DNA of 60,666 nucleotides, counting the filler. It is 7 parts of 7 records of this genome, joined end to end, with 100 filler letters (N's around TTAATTAATTAA, not from the genome) between each part and the next. Parts side by side here need not be neighbours in the genome. Positions count along the whole stretch, not along the records: positions 40,022 to 48,706 come from SRR31147125_39422; positions 48,807 to 54,311 come from SRR31147125_39437; 5 more parts are not named here. One strand, written 5' to 3'. Shown in pieces: positions 40,218 through 50,642 of this stretch (the stretch's first letter is position 1; each line of letters opens with the position of its first letter). The notes under the pieces were generated by a model, which made no database searches, had not been told where the DNA came from, and saw only the letters and a list, made by a program, of their open reading frames with translations. The position numbers and the translations under genes were made by a program.

Positions 40218-40460
40218 AATAAAAAAACCCCCGCCTTGGGGCGAAAGGTCCGCTGTACCACCCAAATTCACTCTGCATATAAGTGCAAAGTCTCTTGCGG
40301 CAAATAACGCTGCCATACGGTCTAAAAGCTCTTATTAAAAACAAGACTGCTCTGCCTGCGAAATTTCTCTTGTACTAACAAGGAAGAGTTCTCAGCCCAG
40401 CGACTCTTCTCTCTATAGCTTGTTTCCCGCACAGATACTTATCAGGCTTCACTGCATTTA
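40218..40460 (-). ncRNA. T-box riboswitch with Phe (UUC) specifier
   Basis: Stem I with AGTA, AGAGA and GCTGAGA boxes and GAAATTTC specifier loop; T-box AATTTGGGTGGTACAGCG; terminator with T7 tail. Confidence 0.9.
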
Positions 40461-40464
40461 AGTC

Positions 40465-40494
40465 AGTATAGCATAATGCAGGATAAAATTTCAA
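40465..40494 (-). promoter_or_regulatory. SigA promoter of the T-box/pheS leader
   Basis: TTGAAA-N18-TATACT with extended TG. Confidence 0.7.
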
Positions 40495-40545
40495 GTGGAA
40501 AATAAAAAAGCGATCCTTAAAAACGACTGCTTTAATTTTTAGATT

Positions 40546-42609
40546 TTACAGCGATTTTATATATTCTACAATGACGTCAAGCATGTCTACCATAAGGTTA
40601 TAGTCATCCAGATTCTGCTGTGAGTATAATTCATAACCAAACTCGAAACTGCCTTTGAGCCTTGCCTCTATATATCTGTTTGTGTCCCAGGGTATTGCAG
40701 AGTCTAAGTTGTCTTTTGTTAAAACCTGTTTTGGATATACGTGTATATAACTATCGTAATCATCGCCGTTAAGATATCCTATTATCTGCTGGAGACACAA
40801 ATCAGCAGTCAGCGACGGCGGATTTGGAAACGTAGCCGTGAGATTACCGTTTTCAAGTTCTGACCAGTATTCATCTCTGCCGTTGGTAGAAACGATAATT
40901 TTTCCAGTAATTCCTCTTTCGATTAAAGTATTTACAGCATCCTCATAGTAATTCTCTTTGCAAACGAAAATGACATCAAAATCGGTATTACTGTATATAA
41001 GACTATTTATACAATCCTTGACATTGTCTCCTTCCGAGTTTATAAAATCAATAAGCTCTGATTTCTCTGCGCCTCCGTCTACAAGTCCTTGATTGAATCC
41101 CACGATAAGGTCAAATGAACCCGTAGTTTCATATTCTTCCGCAAGCGTTACACACGAAGCGTTCGGATAATTTTCTGCGACCCATCTCCCCAGCGTATAC
41201 GCCGTTATAGAACTAAACTCTTTTACATCCCCTTTGCTTTCAGGATCGCCATCCTCCGTATAAATCGGGTGAGCAAGACAAAATACAGGAACACCCGCTT
41301 CACTTGCAAAATCTATTACTTGAACTGAATCTTCGTTTTCAACCGAAATGATCGCGATAGCATCAACGCCAAGTTCAACAAGCTCTTTGACGTTGCTCAT
41401 TTCTTTTGCAATGCTGTCGTCAGAATACCTCACGATAACTTCTATACCTTCCAGTTCTGCAAGCGCTTTAAAAGTGTTTTCAAAGTAGGAATAGTATTCG
41501 TCTGTATTAACGTTGATGAAACCTACAGTAACATCGTTTCTTTCTATTGAAGAGACATATGCCGGCAGAAGCTCTGATTTAACTATCACATCTTCGTCTT
41601 CGAGATAGTCAACAATATCCTCTGCTTCTTCAATAGGAATTTTGAACATCTTGTTTAGAATCAATACTTTTAGATTTTCCATGTCTTCAAGTACATCTAT
41701 AGAATTAAGTTTCTTTAGGTAGTCAAGTTTCAAAAAAACAAGCTTTTCAAGATCGTTGAGATCATCGGCATCGATTATAGGACATCGAGATATTTCTAAA
41801 CTCGACAAGTCTTCAAAATTGTCTATACCATCGATACTGTTGATATCAAGGTTGATAAGCTTAAGCTCCTGAAGGTTTGTTAAGTTTTCTATTTTGTCAA
41901 AGCCATTGATATTCATAGAATTCAATGAAAGCGAAATAAGTTTAGTGTTTAAGCTTAATTCGCTCAGGTTCTCAGAATCTGAAAACCCTAAAAGATAAAG
42001 CGATTTAAGAGAACTTAGCTCATTGATGTCATCTATCTTCACTTCATCGTTTGGGTCATAAACAAACAGAGTTATCGCATCCGAATAATCCTTCCACTTA
42101 ATAGAGTCGTCTTCATTTGTGTCTATAACCATGAAGTTCTCAAGATTAAACGAAACTTCAATTTCTCCGTCGTCATCTTTCAGCAAAACTGCAAGATCGG
42201 TCGGCTGTTTCATAAAGTCTTCTGAATAAATTTCATCATATGAATCTTCATCGTATTCGAAAGAAATGTTGTCATATGACTCTCCGTCTGCAGTCACATC
42301 AAAGTTTAAAACTCCGTCTTGTACGCTAATGTTGCAGGAAATTATTCGGGCTGGCTCTGAATTCAACGGAAAAACGCCGAAAACGAAAAGCAGCACAAAC
42401 GCAATAAGCGCAGCAGTTATTGTCGGTAATGAAACGATTAAAATAGTTTTTAATTTAGACCTGCTGTGTTTTCGGGGTGATGCTGCTTGATTTGACGGGC
42501 TGTCTTCTACAGAAGATAAAGGTTCTGACGCTTCGTTTACCTTAGCTCCGCACATCATACAAAACGTTCCGCCTTCCGGTATAGGCTTACCGCATTGTCT
42601 GCAATACAT
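40546..42609 (-). CDS. Zinc-ribbon + TM + leucine-rich repeats + sugar-binding (RbsB-like) fusion protein
   Basis: MYCRQCG...FCMMCG; TM segment; LTNLQELKL-type LRRs; LVELGVDAIAI and ASEAGVPVF motifs. Confidence 0.8.
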   Translation of the reverse strand: MYCRQCGKPIPEGGTFCMMCGAKVNEASEPLSSVEDSPSNQAASPRKHSRSKLKTILIVSLPTITAALIAFVLLFVFGVFPLNSEPARIISCNISVQDGVLNFDVTADGESYDNISFEYDEDSYDEIYSEDFMKQPTDLAVLLKDDDGEIEVSFNLENFMVIDTNEDDSIKWKDYSDAITLFVYDPNDEVKIDDINELSSLKSLYLLGFSDSENLSELSLNTKLISLSLNSMNINGFDKIENLTNLQELKLINLDINSIDGIDNFEDLSSLEISRCPIIDADDLNDLEKLVFLKLDYLKKLNSIDVLEDMENLKVLILNKMFKIPIEEAEDIVDYLEDEDVIVKSELLPAYVSSIERNDVTVGFINVNTDEYYSYFENTFKALAELEGIEVIVRYSDDSIAKEMSNVKELVELGVDAIAIISVENEDSVQVIDFASEAGVPVFCLAHPIYTEDGDPESKGDVKEFSSITAYTLGRWVAENYPNASCVTLAEEYETTGSFDLIVGFNQGLVDGGAEKSELIDFINSEGDNVKDCINSLIYSNTDFDVIFVCKENYYEDAVNTLIERGITGKIIVSTNGRDEYWSELENGNLTATFPNPPSLTADLCLQQIIGYLNGDDYDSYIHVYPKQVLTKDNLDSAIPWDTNRYIEARLKGSFEFGYELYSQQNLDDYNLMVDMLDVIVEYIKSL

Positions 42610-42682
42610 AATAATCCTCCGAAGCGTATATTTGTTCTAAGTATACAATAATATAGTAATGTTTGCAAATAATATCTAATAT

Positions 42683-43444
42683 TCAAACATCCGAGCGGAT
42701 TTTGTAAATAAGAATTCCTGCAGCTACTGCAGCGTTTAGGCTCTCTGCTTTTCCGAACATAGGAATGCTTATTTTATCAGTGCTTGCGTCGATGACAGTT
42801 TGGGATACACCCCTTGCCTCGTTTCCTATTACCAGACAGGTATTTTTCCAGTCATAACTATAGTTTGGCTTTCCGTGCATGTCTGCGACTGCTATTCGGT
42901 AGCCCTTTTGTTTCAGTTGGTTAATGTATTCCGGCAGTTCAGAATAATATACAGGAATGTGAAAAGCGCTTCCCATGGAGGCTCTTACCGATTTCGGCGA
43001 CAAGTAATCTGCACTTTCAGGCGACATTACAACTGCGGAGCATCCCGCTGCATCAGCAGTTCTTATCATTGTTCCTGTATTCTGAGGGTCTGCAACGCTA
43101 TCTAAGGCAAGTATAAAACCATCAAATGCCGGTCTATATTCCGGGCAAGAGGCTATTGCAACGATACCCTGCGCATTTTTGCAATCGCTTACAATGTTTA
43201 AAACATGTTCTTTTACAACATAGACGTCTGCATTTAAGGCAGCTGACTTGTCTGCGATCTCTTTGTATTCGCCCTCTAGCACTATGATGCTTTTAAGAAG
43301 ATTTGGTTTGAAATTCAGCAGTTCTTCAATGCATTTCTCACCCTCTACAATAAAGCAGCCGTGTTTGTCTCTGCCCTTTTTGGTCTTCAGGCTTTTTACC
43401 ATCTTTATAAAGTCATTTTTCGTACTTGAAATAACGGTCTTCAA
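42683..43444 (-). CDS. TrmH/SpoU-family RNA methyltransferase
   Basis: DPQNTGTMIRTADAAG, GNEARGVS and AESLNAAVA motifs. Confidence 0.95.
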   Translation of the reverse strand: MKTVISSTKNDFIKMVKSLKTKKGRDKHGCFIVEGEKCIEELLNFKPNLLKSIIVLEGEYKEIADKSAALNADVYVVKEHVLNIVSDCKNAQGIVAIASCPEYRPAFDGFILALDSVADPQNTGTMIRTADAAGCSAVVMSPESADYLSPKSVRASMGSAFHIPVYYSELPEYINQLKQKGYRIAVADMHGKPNYSYDWKNTCLVIGNEARGVSQTVIDASTDKISIPMFGKAESLNAAVAAGILIYKIRSDV

Positions 43445-43445
43445 T

Positions 43446-45128
43446 TTAACCTTCCTCGATAAATAAGTACCATTTAGGAATGGTAGTAAATAAGCTTAAG
43501 TCGCTCAGCTGCTGTTCTATTGTTATGGAGCTTTCGTATATCAATGAATTGGTCCTAAAATATAAGCCTATTTGAGGCACTTTCTCTATTATCAGGTTTT
43601 CAAGCTGATTGTATGCTGCAGCCATATCTTCATCATTAGCAGCAGTTTTGCAAACCTGGAGCTGAAGGTCTACCTGTTCGTCGCTGAACCCTCCGTAATT
43701 TGCATAGCCGTCTGTGCCTAACATAAAAGCGGTGTCAGGGTTTTTATCCAGATAGAAAGAACACAGCGCAAGTTCAAAATTACCGGATTCCATCCTTTGA
43801 GAATATACTGTGTATGAAACCTCTTCTATATTCACCTGAATACCGCAGGAAATAAGCTGGGCAGCAATGTTTTCGGCTACGTCTCGTCGATATGTATCTT
43901 CATTATTCTCATATATCAAAAGATCTAAAGTTAGGTCAACCAGAGATGAATTATCAACTCTCTCAAAAACAGGGTCATCATCACGATTTTTCCAGCCCGC
44001 CTCGTCAAGAAGTTCTATTGCTTTTTGCTGGTTGTACTCGTATATGTTTGAGGACCCGCCCGATAAAAATGAGCCAAGAGGTATCGGATAGTCTGTAGCG
44101 ACGGCATGTCCAAGCAGCGCTTTAGAAATTATATCCCTCTTATCCAGCGCATATGCAAGAGCCTGACGAACATTTACGTCAGAGAGTTCAGAACCAGTAA
44201 CGTTTGGAATTAGACAATCATAATATCTTGTCTGATAGTCAATAGATTCTATTTTTCCGTATTTCAAATAAGGCTCTATTGCAAGTATTGATGTCGTTAC
44301 AAAATCCAGCATGTTTGAGTCTAGTGCAAAAAGCTCTGTGTCATGATCCGGATAGCATACTGCTTTTAGCGACTGAATATACGGAGGCTGTTTCCACCAT
44401 ACTTCACTTGCAGAAAGCTCCATACCTTCCCGGTTGTCATATGAAGCTACTTTGTATGGGCCTGTACCTACAGGCAGTTCCTCTTCTATATCGTGCTGCT
44501 CCATAAAAGACTTGCAGAGTATAGGCATAGTCATAAAATAAATTGCTACATTGCTTGGTTCTGTAAGCGTTATTGTCACAGTATAGCTGTCAGTCGCTTC
44601 GTAAGAGGATATATAGCTGTTGTATAATGCAAAACGAGAGTCTTGAGTGGTATAGCCCATTAGAGTATCTATCGTATAAATAACATCGTCTGCCGTAAAG
44701 ACGCCATAGTCGCCCTGCCATTTTACGCCCTTACGCAGCTTAAAAGTCCAAACCATACCCGTCGAGTCAGCATTCCAAGTTTCAGCAAGTTCAGCTATAG
44801 CTTTGTCGTCTGTATCTATCCTTACGGGCTGTTCATAAACCAGCGAAAGAAGGTTTGATATCTCTACATTCTTTACTTTCAATGGATTAAGCGTTGATGG
44901 GTTTTCCGGCATTGGGAAAACAAGCTCGCCTCCTATTTTCGGAACCGGTTCTTTCTCCACCGGCGGAAGCGTGACTACCGGTATATCGCCCTGAGAAGTA
45001 TCCTGCTGTTCAGAGCTTACTGGTTTTGAACAGGCTCCGGTGCTGACAAGCAGTACTACAGAAATTACAAGCAGTATTATCTTAAAAATCTTTGTATAAG
45101 CCTTTGTATATATCATAGTTTCTTTCAA
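43446..45128 (-). CDS. Peptide ABC transporter substrate-binding lipoprotein, family 5 (start probably a few codons downstream)
   Basis: Lipobox TGAC; LAETW, FTADDV, PVGTGPYK and VRQALAYA motifs. Confidence 0.9.
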   Translation of the reverse strand: MKETMIYTKAYTKIFKIILLVISVVLLVSTGACSKPVSSEQQDTSQGDIPVVTLPPVEKEPVPKIGGELVFPMPENPSTLNPLKVKNVEISNLLSLVYEQPVRIDTDDKAIAELAETWNADSTGMVWTFKLRKGVKWQGDYGVFTADDVIYTIDTLMGYTTQDSRFALYNSYISSYEATDSYTVTITLTEPSNVAIYFMTMPILCKSFMEQHDIEEELPVGTGPYKVASYDNREGMELSASEVWWKQPPYIQSLKAVCYPDHDTELFALDSNMLDFVTTSILAIEPYLKYGKIESIDYQTRYYDCLIPNVTGSELSDVNVRQALAYALDKRDIISKALLGHAVATDYPIPLGSFLSGGSSNIYEYNQQKAIELLDEAGWKNRDDDPVFERVDNSSLVDLTLDLLIYENNEDTYRRDVAENIAAQLISCGIQVNIEEVSYTVYSQRMESGNFELALCSFYLDKNPDTAFMLGTDGYANYGGFSDEQVDLQLQVCKTAANDEDMAAAYNQLENLIIEKVPQIGLYFRTNSLIYESSITIEQQLSDLSLFTTIPKWYLFIEEG

Positions 45129-45645
45129 TCTTTACGATGTAGTTCTCCGTTTCTTCAAAAGGTATTTCCCTGAGTACGCCGTCTGCATCCAGCCAGTCGT
45201 TAACCCTTGATGGGCCGGCATTATATGCTGCAAGTACTTTTTTAGCGTCTCCTCCAAATTTAGTATTCAGGTAATCAAGATACCAGCATCCGATCCTTAT
45301 ATTGATATCCGGTTCATACAACATGCTAATATCAAACTGGTCTATTCCAATTTTTTCCGCTGCCCATGTCCCCGTATCCGGCATTATCTGCATCAGTCCC
45401 ATAGCCCCCGGCGATGACAGCGCAGTTTTGTTAAAACTGCTTTCAGCTTTAATTACAGCACATACCAAAAACTTGTCTATGCCGTACTCCTGACTGTATT
45501 GTTTTATCGTTTCCTCGTGTTCAAGCGGAAATGCTTTGTATACCCATATTCCCCTTATAATAAGCGCTGCAGCGATTACGCACAACAAACACAGCACAGT
45601 CCAAATTTTAAGTTTTCTATTTAAAACGTCTTTTCTACCGTTCAT
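45082..45645 (-). CDS. Lytic transglycosylase (SLT domain)
   Basis: IKAESSF, GAMGLMQIMP, LAAYNAG and ETENY motifs. Confidence 0.93.
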   Translation of the reverse strand: MNGRKDVLNRKLKIWTVLCLLCVIAAALIIRGIWVYKAFPLEHEETIKQYSQEYGIDKFLVCAVIKAESSFNKTALSSPGAMGLMQIMPDTGTWAAEKIGIDQFDISMLYEPDINIRIGCWYLDYLNTKFGGDAKKVLAAYNAGPSRVNDWLDADGVLREIPFEETENYIVKIERNYDIYKGLYKDF

Positions 45646-46235
45646 TGATATTCCTCACTGTATTTTGAGTTCTTAAGAAGACTGTCGATTTTCCTATGTA
45701 GTTCTGTTAAGTTTCCGTTGTTTTCAATAACTTCATCTGCATACGTCGCTAGTTCTTCATCTGCCAGTTGGCATTTGATTCTCTGTAGAATACTCTGCTC
45801 GTCTGTTTTATCTCTAAGTAAAACTCTTTCAATTCTCTTTTTAAGATCTGTACACACAAGCCATACATAATCCACATCCTCGTGCATTCCTGCCTGTATG
45901 AGCAGCGCAGCGTCTATAAACACTCTACCAGATGAATATGAAGCAAGTTTTGAAATTCTGTTAATAATTATAGGATGCAGTATATCATTAAGCTTGAGCG
46001 TCAGTATTTTGTCTGAAAAAACGTACTCTGCTAATTTCTTTCTATTTAATGTTCCATCGGCTTCAAAAAATTCGTTACCGAATTCGAGTCTTATTGCTGA
46101 TGCACCCGGTTCACCCGGCTGTACTACCTGCCTTGACACCTCATCGGCGCAAATCACATTCTCGCCCCTGTTTCTGAGGTATTTTGTTACTTCAGACTTG
46201 CCGGAACCTATGCCGCCGGTTATGCCTATTTTCAT
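45642..46235 (-). CDS. coaE: Dephospho-CoA kinase
   Basis: GITGGIGSGKS, LNRKKLA, LHP; follows polA. Confidence 0.95.
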   Translation of the reverse strand: MKIGITGGIGSGKSEVTKYLRNRGENVICADEVSRQVVQPGEPGASAIRLEFGNEFFEADGTLNRKKLAEYVFSDKILTLKLNDILHPIIINRISKLASYSSGRVFIDAALLIQAGMHEDVDYVWLVCTDLKKRIERVLLRDKTDEQSILQRIKCQLADEELATYADEVIENNGNLTELHRKIDSLLKNSKYSEEYQ

Positions 46236-48706
46236 TACTTAGCCTCCAGCCAGTTGTCACCCATTCCAATATCGCACAAGAGCGGTACATCCATCTCGTA
46301 CGCATTTTCCATGCTTTCCTTTAAAAGCAGCTTTACAGCAGTTATCTCGTCCTGAGCAGTGTCTACAATAAGTTCGTCATGTACCTGCAGTATTAGCTTT
46401 GAATTGTAGCCTCCGCCGCTTAGTTTCTCGTATACATCTATCATAGCCAGCTTTATAATATCCGCTGCTGTCCCCTGAATCGGTGTGTTGAGAGCCGCAC
46501 GCTCGCCGAAAGAACGAATATTATAGTTACTTGATTTTAGTTCGGGAAGGTATCTCCTTCTCCCGAGCATAGTTGTGACGTAACCGTCCTGCTTCGCTTT
46601 TTGTTTTATCTCGTCCATATAATGTTTTACGCCCGAAAAACGCTCGAAGTATTTATTTATATAAGCGCCTGCTCGCTTTACGGATATGTTCATATTCCTC
46701 GACAAACCAAAGTCGCTTATTCCGTATACTATCCCGAAGTTAACAGCTTTTGCATCCCGTCGTTGATTGGCAGTTACATCTTCCAGTGGAACTTCGAATA
46801 TCTCTGAAGCAGTTCGTGTGTGTATATCAATTCCGTCCTCGAAAGCCTGCTTCATTACTGTATCGTCGGAAATAGCCGCCAGTATACGAAGCTCTATTTG
46901 GGAATAGTCTGAAGTTATGAGCTTTCGTCCCGGGGCAGAAGGAAGGAACATTCTTCTTATTTCCCGACCTTCTTTCGTTCTTATCGGTATATTCTGAAGG
47001 TTAGGCTCTTTGCTCGATATCCTCCCCGTGATAGTTGAGACTTGTACGAATGTTGTATGTATAAAGCCCTCTTCATCTGCTATCTCTTTAAATCCGTCTA
47101 TGTATGTGCTCTTGAGTTTTGTAAGCTGGCGGTATCTTATTATATATTCTATTACCGGATGTTTACCCTGCAGTTTTTCAAGAACATCGTTGTTGGTTGA
47201 ATAGCCTGTTTTTGTTTTCTTTATTACGGGCAGCCCCAGCCGTTCAAATAGTACCTGCCCCAGCTGTTTTGTAGAATTGATATTGAAATCATCAAAACCG
47301 CTTGACTCATATATCTTTTCAATAAGCTCTTTTATCTCGTCACCAAGCTTATCTGAAAACCGTTTCAGCAACTCTGAATCGATTTTAAAACCGGTGTTTT
47401 CCATGCCCAGAAGAACGTGCATAAGCGGCACTTCAATATCGTTGTAGACAAACCACAAGCTGTTGTCTTTAAGCCTTTCAATCTGTCTTTTCTGCATTGT
47501 CAGCATAGCAGCGGCAGTTCCTGCTAAATCATATTTCTCTACAAGCTTTTCCAGAGAAATATTTGCTCTTGCAGGGTCTATAACGTATTCTGCAATTTTA
47601 ATATCAAACTCGACTCCGGAAAGGATTATATCGGATTCTTTAAGAGAATGAGAAGCTTCCTTTGCACCAAACATTATCTTTTTTATTTGTCCATCTTCAA
47701 GCACGGGCTTTAAAGCGTTTATTACAATATCTCTGGTAAAGTCAAAATTTATAAGCGAGTGTTCGCAAACGACGCAGTATTCTTTATCCGGGTTGATTGA
47801 AACCGTTATATCGTCAGCTAAGTGTAAGGACATCATTCCGTTGTCTTTAATTTCTTCTATCACGGTTTTCAGGTCATTAATATTATCTATTTTTACTGTT
47901 TCTACAGTGGCAGTATTTGTTTTTTTATAGCCAAGTCGCTTTATTATTGAATTAAAACCTAGAGACTCAAAAACAGGTTTTGCGGTTTCTTCCTCTAACC
48001 CATTAAAGGAAATGTCTTCATGAGATATTTCAGTTATTACACTGTAGTCGATCTCGGCAAGTTTACGGCTCATGTAAGCAGAATCTTTGTTATCAACAAG
48101 CTTCTCTTTCAATTTACCTTTTATTTTTTCGATGTTTTCATAAACGCCGTCCATAGTATTATATTCATGAAGAAGCTTAAGCGCAGTTTTCTCGCCAACA
48201 CCAGGGACTCCCGGAATGTTATCTGATGGATCGCCCATAAAACCTTTTAAATCTATTATCTGGCCTGGGGATAGTCCGTACATCTCATTGAGCTTTTCCC
48301 TGTCTACAAGAACATATTCGCTTACGCCTTTTCTTGTAAGCAGAACGCTGCAATTTTCATCAACCATCTGGAAAATGTCTTTGTCTCCTGTTACAAGAAT
48401 AGACTGCATATCTTTTTCGCCTGCAAGCTTTGCCATAGCCCCAAGAATATCGTCAGCCTCGTAACCTTCCACTTCTATGATTTTTATGTCCAAACCATTG
48501 AGAGCATTTTTAAGTACAGGAAACTGAGGAATAAGATCGTCTGGCATAGGTTTTCTTTTTGCTTTGTATTCCTCAAAAATGTCATGCCTGAAGGTTTTAC
48601 CTTTTTTATCAAAAGCTATTACAAGAGCATCAGGCGAAAGAGTATCAATTGCGCTGAGAAGCATTGTAAAAAAGCCGTAAACAGCGCCTGCCGGCTGACC
48701 ATCTTT
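46235..48706 (-). CDS. polA: DNA polymerase I, 5'-truncated
   Basis: EADDILG, GDPSDNIPGVPG, TGRISS-PNLQNIP, DYSQIELR, KAVNFGIVYG and QVHDEL motifs. Confidence 0.98.
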   Translation of the reverse strand, partial: KDGQPAGAVYGFFTMLLSAIDTLSPDALVIAFDKKGKTFRHDIFEEYKAKRKPMPDDLIPQFPVLKNALNGLDIKIIEVEGYEADDILGAMAKLAGEKDMQSILVTGDKDIFQMVDENCSVLLTRKGVSEYVLVDREKLNEMYGLSPGQIIDLKGFMGDPSDNIPGVPGVGEKTALKLLHEYNTMDGVYENIEKIKGKLKEKLVDNKDSAYMSRKLAEIDYSVITEISHEDISFNGLEEETAKPVFESLGFNSIIKRLGYKKTNTATVETVKIDNINDLKTVIEEIKDNGMMSLHLADDITVSINPDKEYCVVCEHSLINFDFTRDIVINALKPVLEDGQIKKIMFGAKEASHSLKESDIILSGVEFDIKIAEYVIDPARANISLEKLVEKYDLAGTAAAMLTMQKRQIERLKDNSLWFVYNDIEVPLMHVLLGMENTGFKIDSELLKRFSDKLGDEIKELIEKIYESSGFDDFNINSTKQLGQVLFERLGLPVIKKTKTGYSTNNDVLEKLQGKHPVIEYIIRYRQLTKLKSTYIDGFKEIADEEGFIHTTFVQVSTITGRISSKEPNLQNIPIRTKEGREIRRMFLPSAPGRKLITSDYSQIELRILAAISDDTVMKQAFEDGIDIHTRTASEIFEVPLEDVTANQRRDAKAVNFGIVYGISDFGLSRNMNISVKRAGAYINKYFERFSGVKHYMDEIKQKAKQDGYVTTMLGRRRYLPELKSSNYNIRSFGERAALNTPIQGTAADIIKLAMIDVYEKLSGGGYNSKLILQVHDELIVDTAQDEITAVKLLLKESMENAYEMDVPLLCDIGMGDNWLEAK

Positions 48707-48807
48707 NNNNNNNNNNNNNNNNNNNNNNNNNNNNNNNNNNNNNNNNNNNNTTAATTAATTAANNNNNNNNNNNNNNNNNNNNNNNNNNNNNNNNNNNNNN
48801 NNNNNNC

Positions 48808-49293
48808 TTCACCTGGCTCTGCCACTACTGGCTGGGAATCACCTGTTCCGCCGCCACCATGGGGAGCTTTCTGGCCCTCTCGGGGCGGTTCGAACTGCGC
48901 TACTTTCCCCTCACCATCGGAGCGGCCCTCTGGGTGGCGGGATTCGATATCTACTACGCCCTGCAGGACATCGAACACGACAGGGCCGAGGGAATTCACT
49001 CGGTACCCGCCCGTTTCGGACGGCAGGGAGCCCTGTTTCTGGCCGGCCTGAGCCACCTGGGAGCAGTTTTCTTTTTCTCCCTCAATGTTCTATTCTTTGA
49101 ACTGCGGATCTGGTATCTGGCGGGAACGGGACTGGCGGCCCTGCTGCTTCTGGCCGAACAGCTGATCGCCCGGAAGGGAAACATGAAGCTCATCCCCTTT
49201 GCGGCCTATCAGCTGAACCAGCTGCTGGCGCCCCTGTTCATGGTGTTTACCATCCTGGATATCTATCTGCCGGGAGGTCTGTTTGGAAACTGA
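48808..49293 (+). CDS. UbiA-family prenyltransferase (MqnP-like), 5'-truncated
   Basis: FTWLCHYWLG; WVAGFDIYYALQDIEHDRAEGIHSVPARFG. Confidence 0.88.
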   Translation, partial: FTWLCHYWLGITCSAATMGSFLALSGRFELRYFPLTIGAALWVAGFDIYYALQDIEHDRAEGIHSVPARFGRQGALFLAGLSHLGAVFFFSLNVLFFELRIWYLAGTGLAALLLLAEQLIARKGNMKLIPFAAYQLNQLLAPLFMVFTILDIYLPGGLFGN

Positions 49294-49873
49294 CAAGACA
49301 CCTCTGATCGTAGCCCTGACAGGCGCCACCGGCTCGGTCTACGGCCTGACCCTGGCCCGCCGGGTGCTGGAACAGAAGGTTCCCCTCTATCTCCTCATAT
49401 CCGAAACGGGACGGGAAGTGCTCCGGCAGGAGACCGGCCGGGACTGGCAGGAGTGGCGCAGCGAGCTGGCTGCTCTGGGCCTGCTGGAAACACCGGAGGT
49501 GCAGGATCTGGGAGCCGCCGTATCCAGCGGGTCCTTCCCCGTCCGGGGGATGGTCGCCGCCCCCTGCAGCATGGGGGCCCTGGGCCGGATCGCCGCCGGG
49601 ATTTCAGGCAACCTGATAGAGCGGGCGGCGGATGTCTGCCTCAAGGAACGGCGCCGGCTGATCCTGCTGACACGGGAGACCCCCCTGTCGGCCATACACC
49701 TCCAGAATATGCTGACCGTCACACAGGCGGGGGGGATCATCATGCCTCCCGTACCGGCATTCTATACAAATCCCCGGACCCTGGAAGACCTTGTGGATCA
49801 AACGGTAAACCGGGTGATGGACCTGCTGTCCCTGCCTGTTCCCGGAGCCTCCCGCTGGCAGGGACAGGGGTGA
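49283..49873 (+). CDS. ubiX: Flavin prenyltransferase UbiX
   Basis: TGATG, SSGS, PCSMG, RAADVCLKERR, RETPLS and PAFY motifs. Confidence 0.95.
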   Translation: METDKTPLIVALTGATGSVYGLTLARRVLEQKVPLYLLISETGREVLRQETGRDWQEWRSELAALGLLETPEVQDLGAAVSSGSFPVRGMVAAPCSMGALGRIAAGISGNLIERAADVCLKERRRLILLTRETPLSAIHLQNMLTVTQAGGIIMPPVPAFYTNPRTLEDLVDQTVNRVMDLLSLPVPGASRWQGQG

Positions 49874-49886
49874 GATAAACTGTAAT

Positions 49887-50642
49887 ATGATTGAATTCCG
49901 TCAGCTTGATTTCTCCTATCATCCCGGGAATCCCGTAATCCGGTCTCTCAGCGGCAGGTTCGAAGAGGGGCTGGTTCATGCCCTGATCGGCCCGTCGGGA
50001 TGCGGAAAAACCTCCCTCCTCTATCTGATCGCCGGACTTCTCAACCCCACCGGAGGAAGCCTCCTTGTGGCGGGGAGTCCGCGAAACAGGAAGGGAAGAA
50101 ACCGGAGTGATCCTTCAGGACCATGGTCTTTTCCCCTGGAAAACAGTATACGCCAACCTGGCTCTGGGGCTCCGGATCCGGAAGAAGGACCGTCACCAGA
50201 TCCGGAAGAGGGTCGGGACCATTCTCGGGGAAATCGGCCTGATGGGCCATGAAAAGAAATTCCCCAATCAGCTGTCGGGAGGGGAACAGCAGCGCCTGGC
50301 CATCGGCCGGGCCCTGGTTCTGAAACCCGATCTTCTCCTTCTGGATGAACCCTTCTCCTCCCTGGACGCCATGACCCGGGAACGGTTGCAGAACCGGGTC
50401 TGGTCTCTCAAGAACAGTCCCCGGAAATCAGAAGACGGAAAAATCACCATGTTGATCGTCACACACAGCATAGAAGAAGCGGTCTTTCTCAGCGACCGGA
50501 TCCATATCATGGAACCCTCGGGAAGCCTTCATACCCTGGAGAACCGTTCATCGGGACCGGAGTACAGGAAATCGAAGGAGTACTTCGAGCACTGTGTTTC
50601 CGTCCGCCGGCTGCTGGAGGAAAAACGGGGGTGCCGCAGTGA
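49887..50642 (+). CDS. NitT/TauT-type ABC ATPase, indels near 50070 and 50625
   Basis: GPSGCGKT in one frame; LFPWKTV, LSGGEQQR, LLLDEPFS and VTHSIEEA in the next; corrected stop overlaps the permease GTGA. Confidence 0.85.

Noticed and set aside
42683-48706. polA-coaE-slt-SBP-trmH as a novel operon
   Set aside because: Ordinary clostridial housekeeping gene order
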